64,000 nt of DNA from Octopus bimaculoides (taxonomy: Eukaryota): the NCBI RefSeq assembly GCF_001194135.2, contig NC_068989.1, positions 65,351,135 through 65,415,134 on the forward strand, written 5' to 3'. This document shows positions 1 through 11,948 of this stretch, one piece after another (position 1 is the first letter of the stretch; every line of letters starts with the position of its first letter). The notes under the pieces are model-generated. The model saw nothing but the letters and a program-made list of their open reading frames with translations, was not told the origin of the DNA and ran no database searches. The translations under genes and the position numbers were made by a program.

Positions 1-524
1 ATGTAGAAATTGGTAAATCCAATATTGAATGTTCAATGAGATTAACGTGGTTGATATGTCTAAAATCATTCTCAGTCTTTTTCATATGTGTATGCATGTC
101 TCTCCATCAAATCATGTGAATGGCTGTAAAAGCTATTAAAATTAATGCTTCCTAGTCATTTCTAAGTGTCTTTAAATCGTAATGCCTCTATGTTTATAAT
201 GACGTACTCAATATACTCCCGTAAATGCGATCATGCTGAAATAATTCAACGGTAAAGTATATTTCTGGAACGGATTACATTGTTAAAGCATCAGAATGCA
301 TTATGTTATTAAATTCTGTAAAACTGCCATGTTAAGTGCTATTACAATTTAACATATAATTTTCTGATAGAGTCTGTCAAACGTTACCGACATATAATAA
401 GACAATTAAGGATGTCTTGTTATATGTCGGTATATGAACATTTATATCTATCTATAATGATTTATATAACATGCACCCGAAGACGTGACATTCTCATAAC
501 GAGATAAAAGAGTCTCTACATAGA

Positions 525-618
525 CTTGCTAGAAATGACAGCCAAATCTTTCTACCGTTTTAAGAAGGTCATGTTGAGTAAACATGATTTGAGGGGTTTT
601 TGCGGTTATTTCGGGCAG
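525..618. repeat. Short palindromic dispersed element (family F, MITE-like)
   Basis: Left arm cttgctagaaatgacagccaaatc is an imperfect inverted repeat of gtttttgcggttatttcgggcag (~16/24). Related half-copies occur at 10452-10503 and 53611-53649. Confidence 0.5.
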
Positions 619-800
619 AAGAATTGACCAGAGTTGCCCTTATCATGTTGTCAGGATCCCTCGTTGGCTAGAATCTATGTTTTTGAGATTGTGTCGAAGT
701 AGCTTTTGAAACAAAGACAGGGTAGTCATTGCAGGAGCTTCTTGAATCACATGTAACCAGGACTAGGTATGAGCTGAGACTAAACAATAAAGTTATCATA

Positions 801-943
<143 letters not shown>

Positions 944-947
944 TCAA

Positions 948-1110
948 TAGATATAACTGGTTAGCTTGGGAAGTTAAGCTGTTGTAGTCGATGAAAAAGG
1001 TGGTAGAAGTACCAATAATTGTCGGAGCCCTGGGTACAGTGAATAAAAATCTTGAGAAGTACATGGAACAAATAGGGGCTGCAATAAGGGTGGAGCACCT
1101 ACAGAAAACA
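948..1110 (+). mobile_element. R4/Dong-type non-LTR retrotransposon, C-terminal RLE-region fragment (subfamily 1)
   Basis: Translates LAWEVKLL*SMKKVVEVPIIVGALGTVNKNLEKYMEQIGAAIRVEHLQKT. This matches the VVPIxxGALGT...LQK tail of R4/Dong ORFs and is homologous to 4880-5010. Confidence 0.8.
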
Positions 1111-1115
1111 AAAGG

Positions 1116-1565
1116 CCTGATGCAGTATCAAGCAGTGGCTCTCATGGCTTCTGATCATAACTGCCGGCAGACTTGGTTTTCAGTTGCTTCACCTTAACCA
1201 GTTGAGCATGTCCCTTAGTAGCTGACAATATGAACATCTCTGATTATGTGCAGGAGTAGTGTGGGAACATCATAGACATGTGTTGAGAGAAATTCTTTGC
1301 AGTTTCGATAATTCATCCCTGGAAACATGGGTATTTCGTTCATCTTCCTTAAATAAACTTTATCACAGGGACTCAACCTGAAGAGGCTCTAACTGCAAGG
1401 TCATGTACTGTTTACTTTGATATGAGATCAGAATATCGTACACATATGATTTTGATGCAGGTACCTGGTATGCCTTCATCAGACGGGTAGTCAAGATGGC
1501 TATACCGAGCTTCGTATATTTGTACCCGAATGTCATTTTTAATGGCATGCATTGCTCTCGCACTC
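1116..1565 (+). mobile_element. Dispersed non-coding element family E, ending in (AAT)n
   Basis: Aligns to 4036-4475 (shared ctcatggc.tctgatc, cttaacca, gaaacatgggtatttcgttca, ctgcaaggtcatg) with a ~75-bp internal deletion. Followed by (AAT)n at 1566-1610. Confidence 0.8.
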
Positions 1566-1600
<35 letters not shown>

Positions 1601-2156
1601 TAATAATAATCCCTGTCATTCAAGAAGTCTGTTCTACACCATATTTATTATGATATAATGTTTTTATTTTAAAACTCTATATGATATATAATAGTATATA
1701 TTGTATAAATATTTGATATATAATACTACATGCATAAAACTCTGAGAATATGAGATTGTCACGGATACTGCTTCTGTATTTATTGTTGTTGTAGAAATAA
1801 TTGACTTTAAACTGATTCCAGCGATATACAGTGAATAATCATACAAAGAATCTCATATTCTACTGTATCACTAATTCGATCTCGGAGAAATAGGCTAAGG
1901 TTTAGGTGTCTACAACCTACCTAATCACCCCTTGCAGTGGCTATTGTTGATGCAGCTGTTGTTGTTTACTATTTATTGTCAGGCATGACTGCGGCAGCCA
2001 ATAACAGCCTTTGGATCAAACAGAACCAGATTTTCCACTATATACTCATGTATATTATATATCGCGTTTCATCGGTCCAGGAATTCAATATGCGTTAGTC
2101 ATGGTTAGTATGAATTTACCGAGAGGTGGTTAGTCCAAAAGGTTAGGAAACAGAGA

Positions 2157-2200
<44 letters not shown>

Positions 2201-2534
2201 AAGAGAGAGTAAGATGTTGCTGCTACGTTTATTCGCTTCAACGAATATGTAGAAACGCCACTGACAGTGTCTGTGTTAACATTGATCAAATACGATCCGG
2301 TTGTGTTTTCATGTAATATGTACAACTACCTGATCGAAATGGAGCTAAATTCACCTGAAATAAAATATAAATCGCACAGGACAGCACACAAATATAGACA
2401 CTACTGCTTCCCATCAAGGCAACTTCAGTAAATTGTGAAAGACGATTGCTCACGTCATGGTGCTCAAGAATGATGTCAAAATAGGATGATGATATATATG
2501 AAAATATAATGGAAAATTAGATTCAGCAAAACTA

Positions 2535-2701
2535 GGCGCTGGCGTGGCTGTGTGATAAGAAGTTTGCTTTCCAACCATGCATCCGTTTTCAGTCTCAGTG
2601 CGTGGTGCCTTGGGCAAGTGTCTTCTATAATCTCGGGCCGGCTAAAGCCTTATGAATGTATTTGGTAGAGGAAACTAAAAGAAGCCGTCGTTTATATGTA
2701 C

Positions 2702-2751
<50 letters not shown>

Positions 2752-2976
2752 ATACACCCAGCCACACGCACACGCCCACATATATACACTCTATCTCATT
2801 TGCTGTAGGGAGATTGTCTCCCTTGTTAGTCACTAGATAAGTGCCTGCCCGTGGCTAAGAGTTGTTTTGACTCTGATTTCTAGCAATGCTGGCGGTGACT
2901 TGCACCCTTCGTCACTTTAGTGGCGATTGTATTTGTGTCCTTTGGTTGTAAAATGGGAATAGTTACCTTAATGATT

Positions 2977-3038
<62 letters not shown>

Positions 3039-3328
3039 TATCTTTGTGTTTGTCCTTCACCACCACTTGTTGATGTGTTTATGTCTCCGTAATTTCGCGG
3101 TTCTGCAAATGAGTCCGATAGAGTAAATACCAGACTTTAAAAAGGTAATAATAATCTGAGTTTACAAGTACGGCGATAAAACATATGCATCCAACAAAAG
3201 ACTGATATCTGCACCCTGTCAGTATGTATGTAGAGATGTTGCAGTCTAAACGTATACGCGCCCATTCCAATTGAGGTCGATTCATTCGACTAAAATTCAG
3301 CAAGTAAAGGATAAAAGATAAAAGATAA
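2535..3328 (+). mobile_element. tRNA-headed SINE family A, degenerate and interrupted
   Basis: Head ggcgtggctgtgtgataagaag...ccttgggcaagtgtcttct at 2535-2700. Body resumes at 3035-3145 and tail at 3272-3328, separated by microsatellite and unique inserts. Confidence 0.75.
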
Positions 3329-3840
3329 ATGCTTAAGTTTGTCGAGTTAACGAAATATCACTTTGAAACTAAAGAACTTTTGAAGCTATCTATAATTGCT
3401 GAGCTGTAAGTCCTCCCGAAAAAGCATATTTTCATCAAGGGCCAGGCATTATTCATGAACAAACGTTTATAGAACGCAACATTTGACGTTCTGCCAGTTA
3501 CATTGTTATATTGATAGACTGATGTGAGTTTACAAGGGCAGGGGTAAAACAAACATCTGAAGAAAAGACGATGATATCTGCAATATGTATGTAGAAATGT
3601 CGCAGTCTAATCACAGCTGATTCTCTTAAAATGTATATGGGGGAATAGAGTAGTGTGGGGAGAAAGGCGCGGTTAATTAACCTGATTTAACACATGACTG
3701 CTCATCGGCAGAAACCGGCACATTATAGTAAAGGCTACAATGTATTAAATCGATAGACACCTCTGCTAGCTTCAAACATACGACAACAACATTGTCAATA
3801 TTTATAACAGCTATACTACTGAAAAGGCTGCTAATAATCC

Positions 3841-4033
3841 TTTCTACTAGAGTTACAGGACTTGAAATTTTGGGGTAGGTAGATGGTCGATGAAATGGAC
3901 TCCAGTTTGCAGCCGGTACTATTTTTCATCGACGCGGAAAAGAAGGAAGTCAAGATCAACCTCGGCGGAACTTGAATTCAGAACGTATAGCCGGACGAAA
4001 TACCGCTATGCATTTTGTTCAAGATGATAACAA
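3841..4033 (-). mobile_element. SINE family B copy
   Basis: Reverse complement aligns to 24741-24933 and 37503-37698 (gttctgaattcaagttccgccgaggttgatcttgac core). Confidence 0.75.
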
Positions 4034-4035
4034 TA

Positions 4036-4475
4036 ACCAGGAACTGACACTCATGGCATCTGATCTTAACTGATTGGAAGCGTTATCATGTACATATTTT
4101 GTCTTGGTAGAAATGATGCGCTACAGCAAATTTTCTGGTCCATACTACATATTTGCTTGTCAGTTGTTTCACCTTAACCAATTAAGCATGTCCCTTGGTG
4201 GCTGACGATATGTGCATCTCTGATCACGAGTAGAGGTAGTAGGGGTGCTCTATAACCATGTGTTGAGGGGAATTCTTTGGGGTTTGAATAATTCACCTCT
4301 TGAAACATGGGTATTTCGTTCAACATCCTTAAACAAACCTTTTTTGAGTAGAATGGGCTATTCAACCAGAAGAAAATTCTAACTGGGCCCCACCTGCAAG
4401 GTCATGTGATGTTTATCTCGATATGAGATCAACATGCTGCGCACATATGGTTGTGATACATGTTCCTGATATACC
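4036..4475 (+). mobile_element. Family E element, second copy, fused to a LINE fragment
   Basis: High similarity to 1116-1480. It lacks the family E 3' end and runs directly into LINE coding sequence. Confidence 0.8.
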
Positions 4476-5144
4476 GCTGTTCCGCATCTGCAAGAAAGTG
4501 GATAGAACCATTGCCCATATCACGAACGAATGTCCTAGACTTGCCCGAAACCACTACAAGTTGTGACGACGCGACCGAGAGTAGCGAAAGTGCTACTTTG
4601 CAAACTGTGCAAAAAATGTGGGCTAGAGAGAGGCAAGGCGTGGTAGGAGCACAAACTGAGAGAGTGACAGAGTCGGAGACTATCAAAATCCTCAGGGATT
4701 TCCCAATCCAAACTGATGAGGTGCTAGAGCGTAACAAACCAGACATAATGATTGTGGACAAGGTGCATCACACATGCTATATATTGACGTTGCATGCCCC
4801 TTTGACCCACAAATAGTTAAGAAAGAAGGCGAAAAGATAGATAGATACAACTGTCTTAAGAACGAAATAGCCCGGCTTTGGAAAATGAGGTAGTGAAGAT
4901 AATGCCAATTATTGTTGAGTCCTTGGGAACAGTATCAGAAGGCATCAAGAGGAATACAAAGGTAATTAGAATAGATTGCCCGGTAGAACTGTTACAAATG
5001 GTTTGTTTTATTGGCACGGCCAGAATAATCAGGAAAGTATTAGATAGCTGAGAATAACAAATAGCATGGTATCGTTGGCAGCAGGTAGTAAGCCCGCTAC
5101 GCATGCAAGACTCCAGGAGTTGCAACAAAACCTGTGATGAAGAG

Positions 5145-5146
<2 letters not shown>
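4462..5146 (+). mobile_element. R4/Dong-type non-LTR retrotransposon 3' end (CCHC zinc knuckle + RLE), frameshifted (subfamily 2)
   Basis: Frames join to PLFRICKKVDRTIAHITNECPRLA...ILRDFPIQTD..NKPDIMIVDK..IDVACPFD..KIDRYNCLKNEIARLWKM..PIIVESLGTV..GTARIIRKVLDS* (TGA 5049-5051). A short 3' UTR is followed by (TAA)n at 5147-5206. Confidence 0.92.
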
Positions 5147-5190
<44 letters not shown>

Positions 5191-5703
5191 GTAATAATAA
5201 TAATAATTTATTATTATTATTGATACTATTAGTATTTTAATTATCAACTTCATTGTTGATTTCGTTGTTGTTCATGTTCATGCTGTTTGTTCGATTCTCC
5301 GTGTTGGTCTGTAGACTTGTTAAGATTAGTAGTTCCCTAATTAATACCTTTAGAAGGTACCCTATTATTAAAAACATAGACGTAGTCATCATCGCAGTGA
5401 AGAGAGTAATGGCAAAACTACAATGCAGTTTTCTGCATTAGAGAAGAGAAATACTTTACGGTGTCTAATTAAATGACAGAATAAATTGTGAAACATACGT
5501 CGCTGTCAACCGCCAAATAACATTGCCTTCTCTTTCCATTATCTTTTATTAAGGAATATGTTAATAACGAATAGAGTAAGTTTCCTCTGAAAAAAACTCG
5601 CAAATCACAGGGATCACTGTGTGACTCAGAAGCTCGATTTGCAACTATGACTGTCCGCGTCTGATCCCACTGAACTGTTGGTCGGGTAAATGTATTCTAG
5701 GAG

Positions 5704-6026
5704 GAGACCCCCTTCTGTCATAAATGACCACGGGATTGCACCTAGAAAGTTACCTTCCGAACCATAAGTCCGGGCAAGGTTGTTTATGGAAGACCAGCAG
5801 TCGCCCATGCATACCAGCCTCCCTTCTCCATACCATTGATGTTATCCAAAGGTAAGGCAAAAACCGATACAGCTTCGCACCAGTGATGTGACAACTCATT
5901 TCTACAGCTGAGTTAACTGGAGCAGCGTGAAATAAAGTGTCTTGCTCAAGAACACAACACGCAGCCCGGTCCGGGAATCGAACTCACAAACTCACGATCG
6001 TAAGCTCGACGTTCTAACCACTGAGT
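5704..6026 (-). mobile_element. tRNA/CORE-like SINE family C
   Basis: Reverse complement aligns end to end with 48384-48718. Contains A-box-like, B-box (gttcgattcc) and cttgagcaagacactt motifs. Confidence 0.9.
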
Positions 6027-6034
6027 AAAAAAGC

Positions 6035-6277
6035 AAAGTTCCTTCCTGACTCATAAAGACTCATAAAACCGGTTTCCCGGTTTCAGTGGTATATATATTC
6101 CCCACCTTGACGGGACGTCAGTCCATCGCAGGGTTCCTCGTTTTTACTAGCTGAGTGAACTGGAGCAATGTGAAATGAAGTTTTTTTCTCAAGAAAACAA
6201 CACGTCACCCTATCCAGGAACCGAAACCACAATCTTACGATCGTGTCCAACACCCTAACAAATAAACCACGAGCCTC
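6035..6277 (-). mobile_element. SINE family D (same head as family C, different tail)
   Basis: Shares the tRNA-like head and ttgctccagttcactcagct core with family C, then diverges (ccctgcgatggactgacgtcccgtc). Confidence 0.75.
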
Positions 6278-6450
6278 TATTTCCTATTTAGAGCTTCGGT
6301 GAAAATTGTGTATGAAATTTGGTAGAAGGAATATGTGCTGAAAGGGTTACCTTGACTGTTCCCGTTCTTAGATTTTCATCTTAATTCGTCATCTGTGTTT
6401 AAGAGACCCTTCTGGCTTTTGGGATAACTTTAGATTTCATCGAATCTGTT

Positions 6451-6653
6451 TCAAGAATTCTCCCTTGGGGTCATAACTGGTGTTAACTTTCTCGCTATTT
6501 CCTTTCTTTCTACGAGACTTGGAGGCTCATGAAAGCCATCGTAAATGTTGCCGTTTCCCTTCTCGTCAAGGAAAAAATGAAGGTTTTTCTCGCTTTTAAT
6601 GGGAACTTCGGCTATAAAATGATGCCTGGAGCTATCATAACTTGACAATAAAC
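6451..6653 (-). CDS. Candidate terminal coding exon of an uncharacterised minus-strand gene
   Basis: Acceptor ttgttcgtctacag|G, phase 1. Open frame (G)LLSSYDSSRHHFIAEVPIKSEKNLHFFLDEKGNGNIYDGFHEPPSLVERKEIARKLTPVMTPRENS* in non-repetitive sequence. Confidence 0.6.
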
Positions 6654-6671
6654 CTGTAGACGAACAATTAA

Positions 6672-6800
6672 ACTACTACTACTACTACTACCAAAACCAC
6701 CACCACCAGCATTATCTTCATCACTGCTGCTGCTACTTCTAATACTACTACCACTACTGAAAGTACAGCCGCTGATGTGTTGTTGCTGCTGCTGCTACTG

Positions 6801-6836
<36 letters not shown>

Positions 6837-6997
6837 AATCTACTTCCACCAACACCACCGCCATCGTCTTCACCACTGCTGCGGCCAGCTGCTGCTGTTG
6901 CTGTTACTTCTAATAACACTACTGCTGCCGCCCCACTATCACTATTGAAAGTACAGCCGCTACTGTGTTGCTGTTGCTGCTGCTGCTGCTGCGCCTG

Positions 6998-7047
<50 letters not shown>

Positions 7048-7200
7048 GCTAGTACTACTACTGCTGCTGCTTCTGCCGCCACCGTATTCTTGTTGCTGCT
7101 GCTGCTGCTGCTTTTGTTACTGCTGCGACTACTATAACTGAACAAATTACTGCTGCTACTGTTTTCGCTGCTGTTGATGATGTTGTTTCTGCTGCTGCTT
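6672..7200. repeat. Mosaic trinucleotide array (CTA/CTG/TTG/CCA) with internal duplication
   Basis: Directly visible. The unique 16-mer tgaaagtacagccgct occurs at 6758 and 6946. Confidence 0.9.
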
Positions 7201-7658
7201 ATTTATTCAATCGCTAGTGGGGATTATTGCAGTTAATACCTTGAAATATTGGTGATCAGCCGCTATTGATTTTTGGTGGGATGTGGAACTTTTATATTAT
7301 CGATCCCAGAAAATATGAAAGACAAAATTGACCTCAGTGGGATTTGCAGTCATTAGTTAAAGGGACAAAAGTGGACGCGAATGTGGCTAAGTGGTTAAAA
7401 AGTTAGTTTTGCAAACACATGATTCCAGGTTCCATACCACTACCCGGTACTTCGAGCAAATGCATTTATCTCACTCAAACCTCAAGACACTGAATCGCTT
7501 GCAAGTTAAATATATATCAACATACATATTTGTCGGTCTGTCTTCCTATCTATTTGACTGTCTATATCTCTATCTATCTGTCTCACTACCTCTCCTTCTC
7601 TCTATCTCCCTCTCTATCCTTCTCTCTATCTCCCTCTCTCTGTCTCGCTACGTTTGTG

Positions 7659-7689
<31 letters not shown>

Positions 7690-7758
7690 ATTATACATTT
7701 TATATAATTATATGCATATATACATACATATATGTACGTACATACACAGACACACAGA

Positions 7759-7790
<32 letters not shown>

Positions 7791-7792
<2 letters not shown>

Positions 7793-7907
7793 CATATATG
7801 GGTACAGGACATCAAAAAACGTAGACAAAATGAGAAACGAGACAGGCGATATAAAGAACATTCCATTCATCAGTTGTCCCTGTTTTGTCTACACCGCGTT
7901 TCGGAGG
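7791..7907 (+). mobile_element. Short dispersed element (family P2, possibly Penelope-LTR-like)
   Basis: Aligns with the reverse complement of 15642-15781 (tgcatat.tgggtacaggacat...aacgtagacaa...catcag...cgtttcg). Flanked by simple repeats. Confidence 0.6.
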
Positions 7908-9003
7908 TATATATATNNNNNNNNNNNNNNNNNNNNNNNNNNNNNNNNNNNNNNNNNNNNNNNNNNNNNNNNNNNNNNNNNNNNNNNNNNNNNNNNNNNN
8001 NNNNNNNNNNNNNNNNNNNNNNNNNNNNNNNNNNNNNNNNNNNNNNNNNNNNNNNNNNNNNNNNNNNNNNNNNNNNNNNNNNNNNNNNNNNNNNNNNNNN
8101 NNNNNNNNNNNNNNNNNNNNNNNNNNNNNNNNNNNNNNNNNNNNNNNNNNNNNNNNNNNNNNNNNNNNNNNNNNNNNNNNNNNNNNNNNNNNNNNNNNNN
8201 NNNNNNNNNNNNNNNNNNNNNNNNNNNNNNNNNNNNNNNNNNNNNNNNNNNNNNNNNNNNNNNNNNNNNNNNNNNNNNNNNNNNNNNNNNNNNNNNNNNN
8301 NNNNNNNNNNNNNNNNNNNNNNNNNNNNNNNNNNNNNNNNNNNNNNNNNNNNNNNNNNNNNNNNNNNNNNNNNNNNNNNNNNNNNNNNNNNNNNNNNNNN
8401 NNNNNNNNNNNNNNNNNNNNNNNNNNNNNNNNNNNNNNNNNNNNNNNNNNNNNNNNNNNNNNNNNNNNNNNNNNNNNNNNNNNNNNNNNNNNNNNNNNNN
8501 NNNNNNNNNNNNNNNNNNNNNNNNNNNNNNNNNNNNNNNNNNNNNNNNNNNNNNNNNNNNNNNNNNNNNNNNNNNNNNNNNNNNNNNNNNNNNNNNNNNN
8601 NNNNNNNNNNNNNNNNNNNNNNNNNNNNNNNNNNNNNNNNNNNNNNNNNNNNNNNNNNNNNNNNNNNNNNNNNNNNNNNNNNNNNNNNNNNNNNNNNNNN
8701 NNTATATACACATACATATACATACATATGTATATATATATATATATTTGAAGGGTTGGTTTCAAAGGTTGCATTCCCTCGGGTTCGGTACATATATAAG
8801 GTAGTTTTGACTTTAAGAGTCCCTCAGAGCCTGAGGCATTTACATGTAGTAATGCCCTTAATATAAATAAATATATAAAGGGAATAATTATAAATTTTCC
8901 CCTTATTACGTTTTCACGCTGATTACTTCATAAATTCTTCTAAAGATATTATCCTATTTCAAGTTATGTATATTTATATATGTATATATGTATGTTTATA
9001 CAC

Positions 9004-9042
<39 letters not shown>

Positions 9043-10918
9043 GAGGATGAGCACAAAGATTTCGAAATCGTACGGTCTAGTGGTCTCGAGGCCGGGAAAA
9101 TTTAGGGATTAGCTCCCCTGTTTGCAATATATATCGAGTGATGTAGATCGCCTTAAAGAACCAGCTGGAGGAGGCGTCCTCCAGGGGTTAAAATAGTAGT
9201 AATGTTGGTTTCTACGGAACAGCCATGCTGATGTGGCGCTAAACATTATTTCTCAGTAGTGCTTTCATCTCTTACAGAGATTTTCTAACTAGCTAATTTG
9301 GTCAAATATACATACTACATGCATGCATACATACATACATACATACTTATATATATGCATATGTATATGTATATATACATACATATATATATATATATAT
9401 ANNNNNNNNNNNNNNNNNNNNNNNNNNNNNNNNNNNNNNNNNNNNNNNNNNNNNNNNNNNNNNNNNNNNNNNNNNNNNNNNNNNNNNNNNNNNNNNNNNN
9501 NNNNNNNNNNNNNNNNNNNNNNNNNNNNNNNNNNNNNNNNNNNNNNNNNNNNNNNNNNNNNNNNNNNNNNNNNNNNNNNNNNNNNNNNNNNNNNNNNNNN
9601 NNNNNNNNNNNNNNNNNNNNNNNNNNNNNNNNNNNNNNNNNNNNNNNNNNNNNNNNNNNNNNNNNNNNNNNNNNNNNNNNNNNNNNNNNNNNNNNNNNNN
9701 NNNNNNNNNNNNNNNNNNNNNNNNNNNNNNNNNNNNNNNNNNNNNNNNNNNNNNNNNNNNNNNNNNNNNNNNNNNNNNNNNNNNNNNNNNNNNNNNNNNN
9801 NNNNNNNNNNNNNNNNNNNNNNNNNNNNNNNNNNNNNNNNNNNNNNNNNNNNNNNNNNNNNNNNNNNNNNNNNNNNNNNNNNNNNNNNNNNNNNNNNNNN
9901 NNNNNNNNNNNNNNNNNNNNNNNNNNNNNNNNNNNNNNNNNNNNNNNNNNNNNNNNNNNNNNNNNNNNNNNNNNNNNNNNNNNNNNNNNNNNNNNNNNNN
10001 NNNNNNNNNNNNNNNNNNNNNNNNNNNNNNNNNNNNNNNNNNNNNNNNNNNNNNNNNNNNNNNNNNNNNNNNNNNNNNNNNNNNNNNNNNNNNNNNNNNN
10101 NNNNNNNNNNNNNNNNNNNNNNNNNNNNNNNNNNNNNNNNNNNNNNNNNNNNNNNNNNNNNNNNNNNNNNNNNNNNNNNNNNNNNNNNNNNNNNNNNNNN
10201 NNNNNNNNNNNNNNNNNNNNATATATATATATATATATATAGTTTTAGAGAAAAGAACCAAAGTTCATGAACTTATCCATGAAAATACACAGTCACATAT
10301 AGAAAAATTAATAAGTAAATACACGATAAATAAGTTTTATATAATACAGAGTAAATGATCTTTATCCCTAATATTATATATATATAGATATAGATATAGA
10401 TATATACATAGGTATGTATATGCATAGAGTGCATGTGGTGAATACTTCCAGTTTTAAGGTGTGGAGTGTTATTTAATGAGATTTGGCTAATGCTTTTAGC
10501 AGATAGAATTCCTTCGTTGGCATGGATCACAAATGTTGCTGTTATTATTGCTGTTGAGGTTTCATAAAGCTGAATAATCAATCCTCAGTCTTTCCATCCC
10601 ATTTCCAACAAATTTGTGATACATTAGTTTGTATATCAACTGCTATGCTGGCCAATATCTGTCCGTTGTTGAAGAGAGTAGAATGTGATTCGAGATTTAG
10701 GTCCTATTTATCACGGATACATCAACGATATAGAGCCTCTCACTATTGTTGCACCACCTTAGTATATATAAAGATAGGCGCAAACGCAGCTTTTTAACGT
10801 TTCTGCTAGCTACGTATATTGAATCATTGAGCCCCAAAATTATAACATAATAGATAACAACGTATAAAAGACTGCCATACTAACGATACCTTTCCTTATA
10901 TATACATATATATATATA

Positions 10919-10960
<42 letters not shown>

Positions 10961-11916
10961 CATACATAGATACATATCTGTATCTGATGCTATCGATAGC
11001 TTATATAAGACTATGATGTGTGTATATATANNNNNNNNNNNNNNNNNNNNNNNNNNNNNNNNNNNNNNNNNNNNNNNNNNNNNNNNNNNNNNNNNNNNNN
11101 NNNNNNNNNNNNNNNNNNNNNNNNNNNNNNNNNNNNNNNNNNNNNNNNNNNNNNNNNNNNNNNNNNNNNNNNNNNNNNNNNNNNNNNNNNNNNNNNNNNN
11201 NNNNNNNNNNNNNNNNNNNNNNNNNNNNNNNNNNNNNNNNNNNNNNNNNNNNNNNNNNNNNNNNNNNNNNNNNNNNNNNNNNNNNNNNNNNNNNNNNNNN
11301 NNNNNNNNNNNNNNNNNNNNNNNNNNNNNNNNNNNNNNNNNNNNNNNNNNNNNNNNNNNNNNNNNNNNNNNNNNNNNNNNNNNNNNNNNNNNNNNNNNNN
11401 NNNNNNNNNNNNNNNNNNNNNNNNNNNNNNNNNNNNNNNNNNNNNNNNNNNNNNNNNNNNNNNNNNNNNNNNNNNNNNNNNNNNNNNNNNNNNNNNNNNN
11501 NNNNNNNNNNNNNNNNNNNNNNNNNNNNNNNNNNNNNNNNNNNNNNNNNNNNNNNNNNNNNNNNNNNNNNNNNNNNNNNNNNNNNNNNNNNNNNNNNNNN
11601 NNNNNNNNNNNNNNNNNNNNNNNNNNNNNNNNNNNNNNNNNNNNNNNNNNNNNNNNNNNNNNNNNNNNNNNNNNNNNNNNNNNNNNNNNNNNNNNNNNNN
11701 NNNNNNNNNNNNNNNNNNNNNNNNNNNNNNNNNNNNNNNNNNNNNNNNNNNNNNNNNNNNNNNNNNNNNNNNNNNNNNNNNNNNNNNNNNNNNNNNNNNN
11801 NNNNNNNNNNNNNNNNNNNNNNNNNNNNNNNNNNNNNNNNNNNNNNNNNNNNNNNNNNNNNNNNNNNNNNNNNNNNNNNNNNNNNNNNATATATATATAT
11901 ATATATATGTATATTA

Positions 11917-11948
<32 letters not shown>

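Noticed and set aside
10273-10581. 102-aa minus-strand ORF with an acceptor-like start
   Set aside because: It contains a family F repeat and ends in microsatellite, with no good donor.
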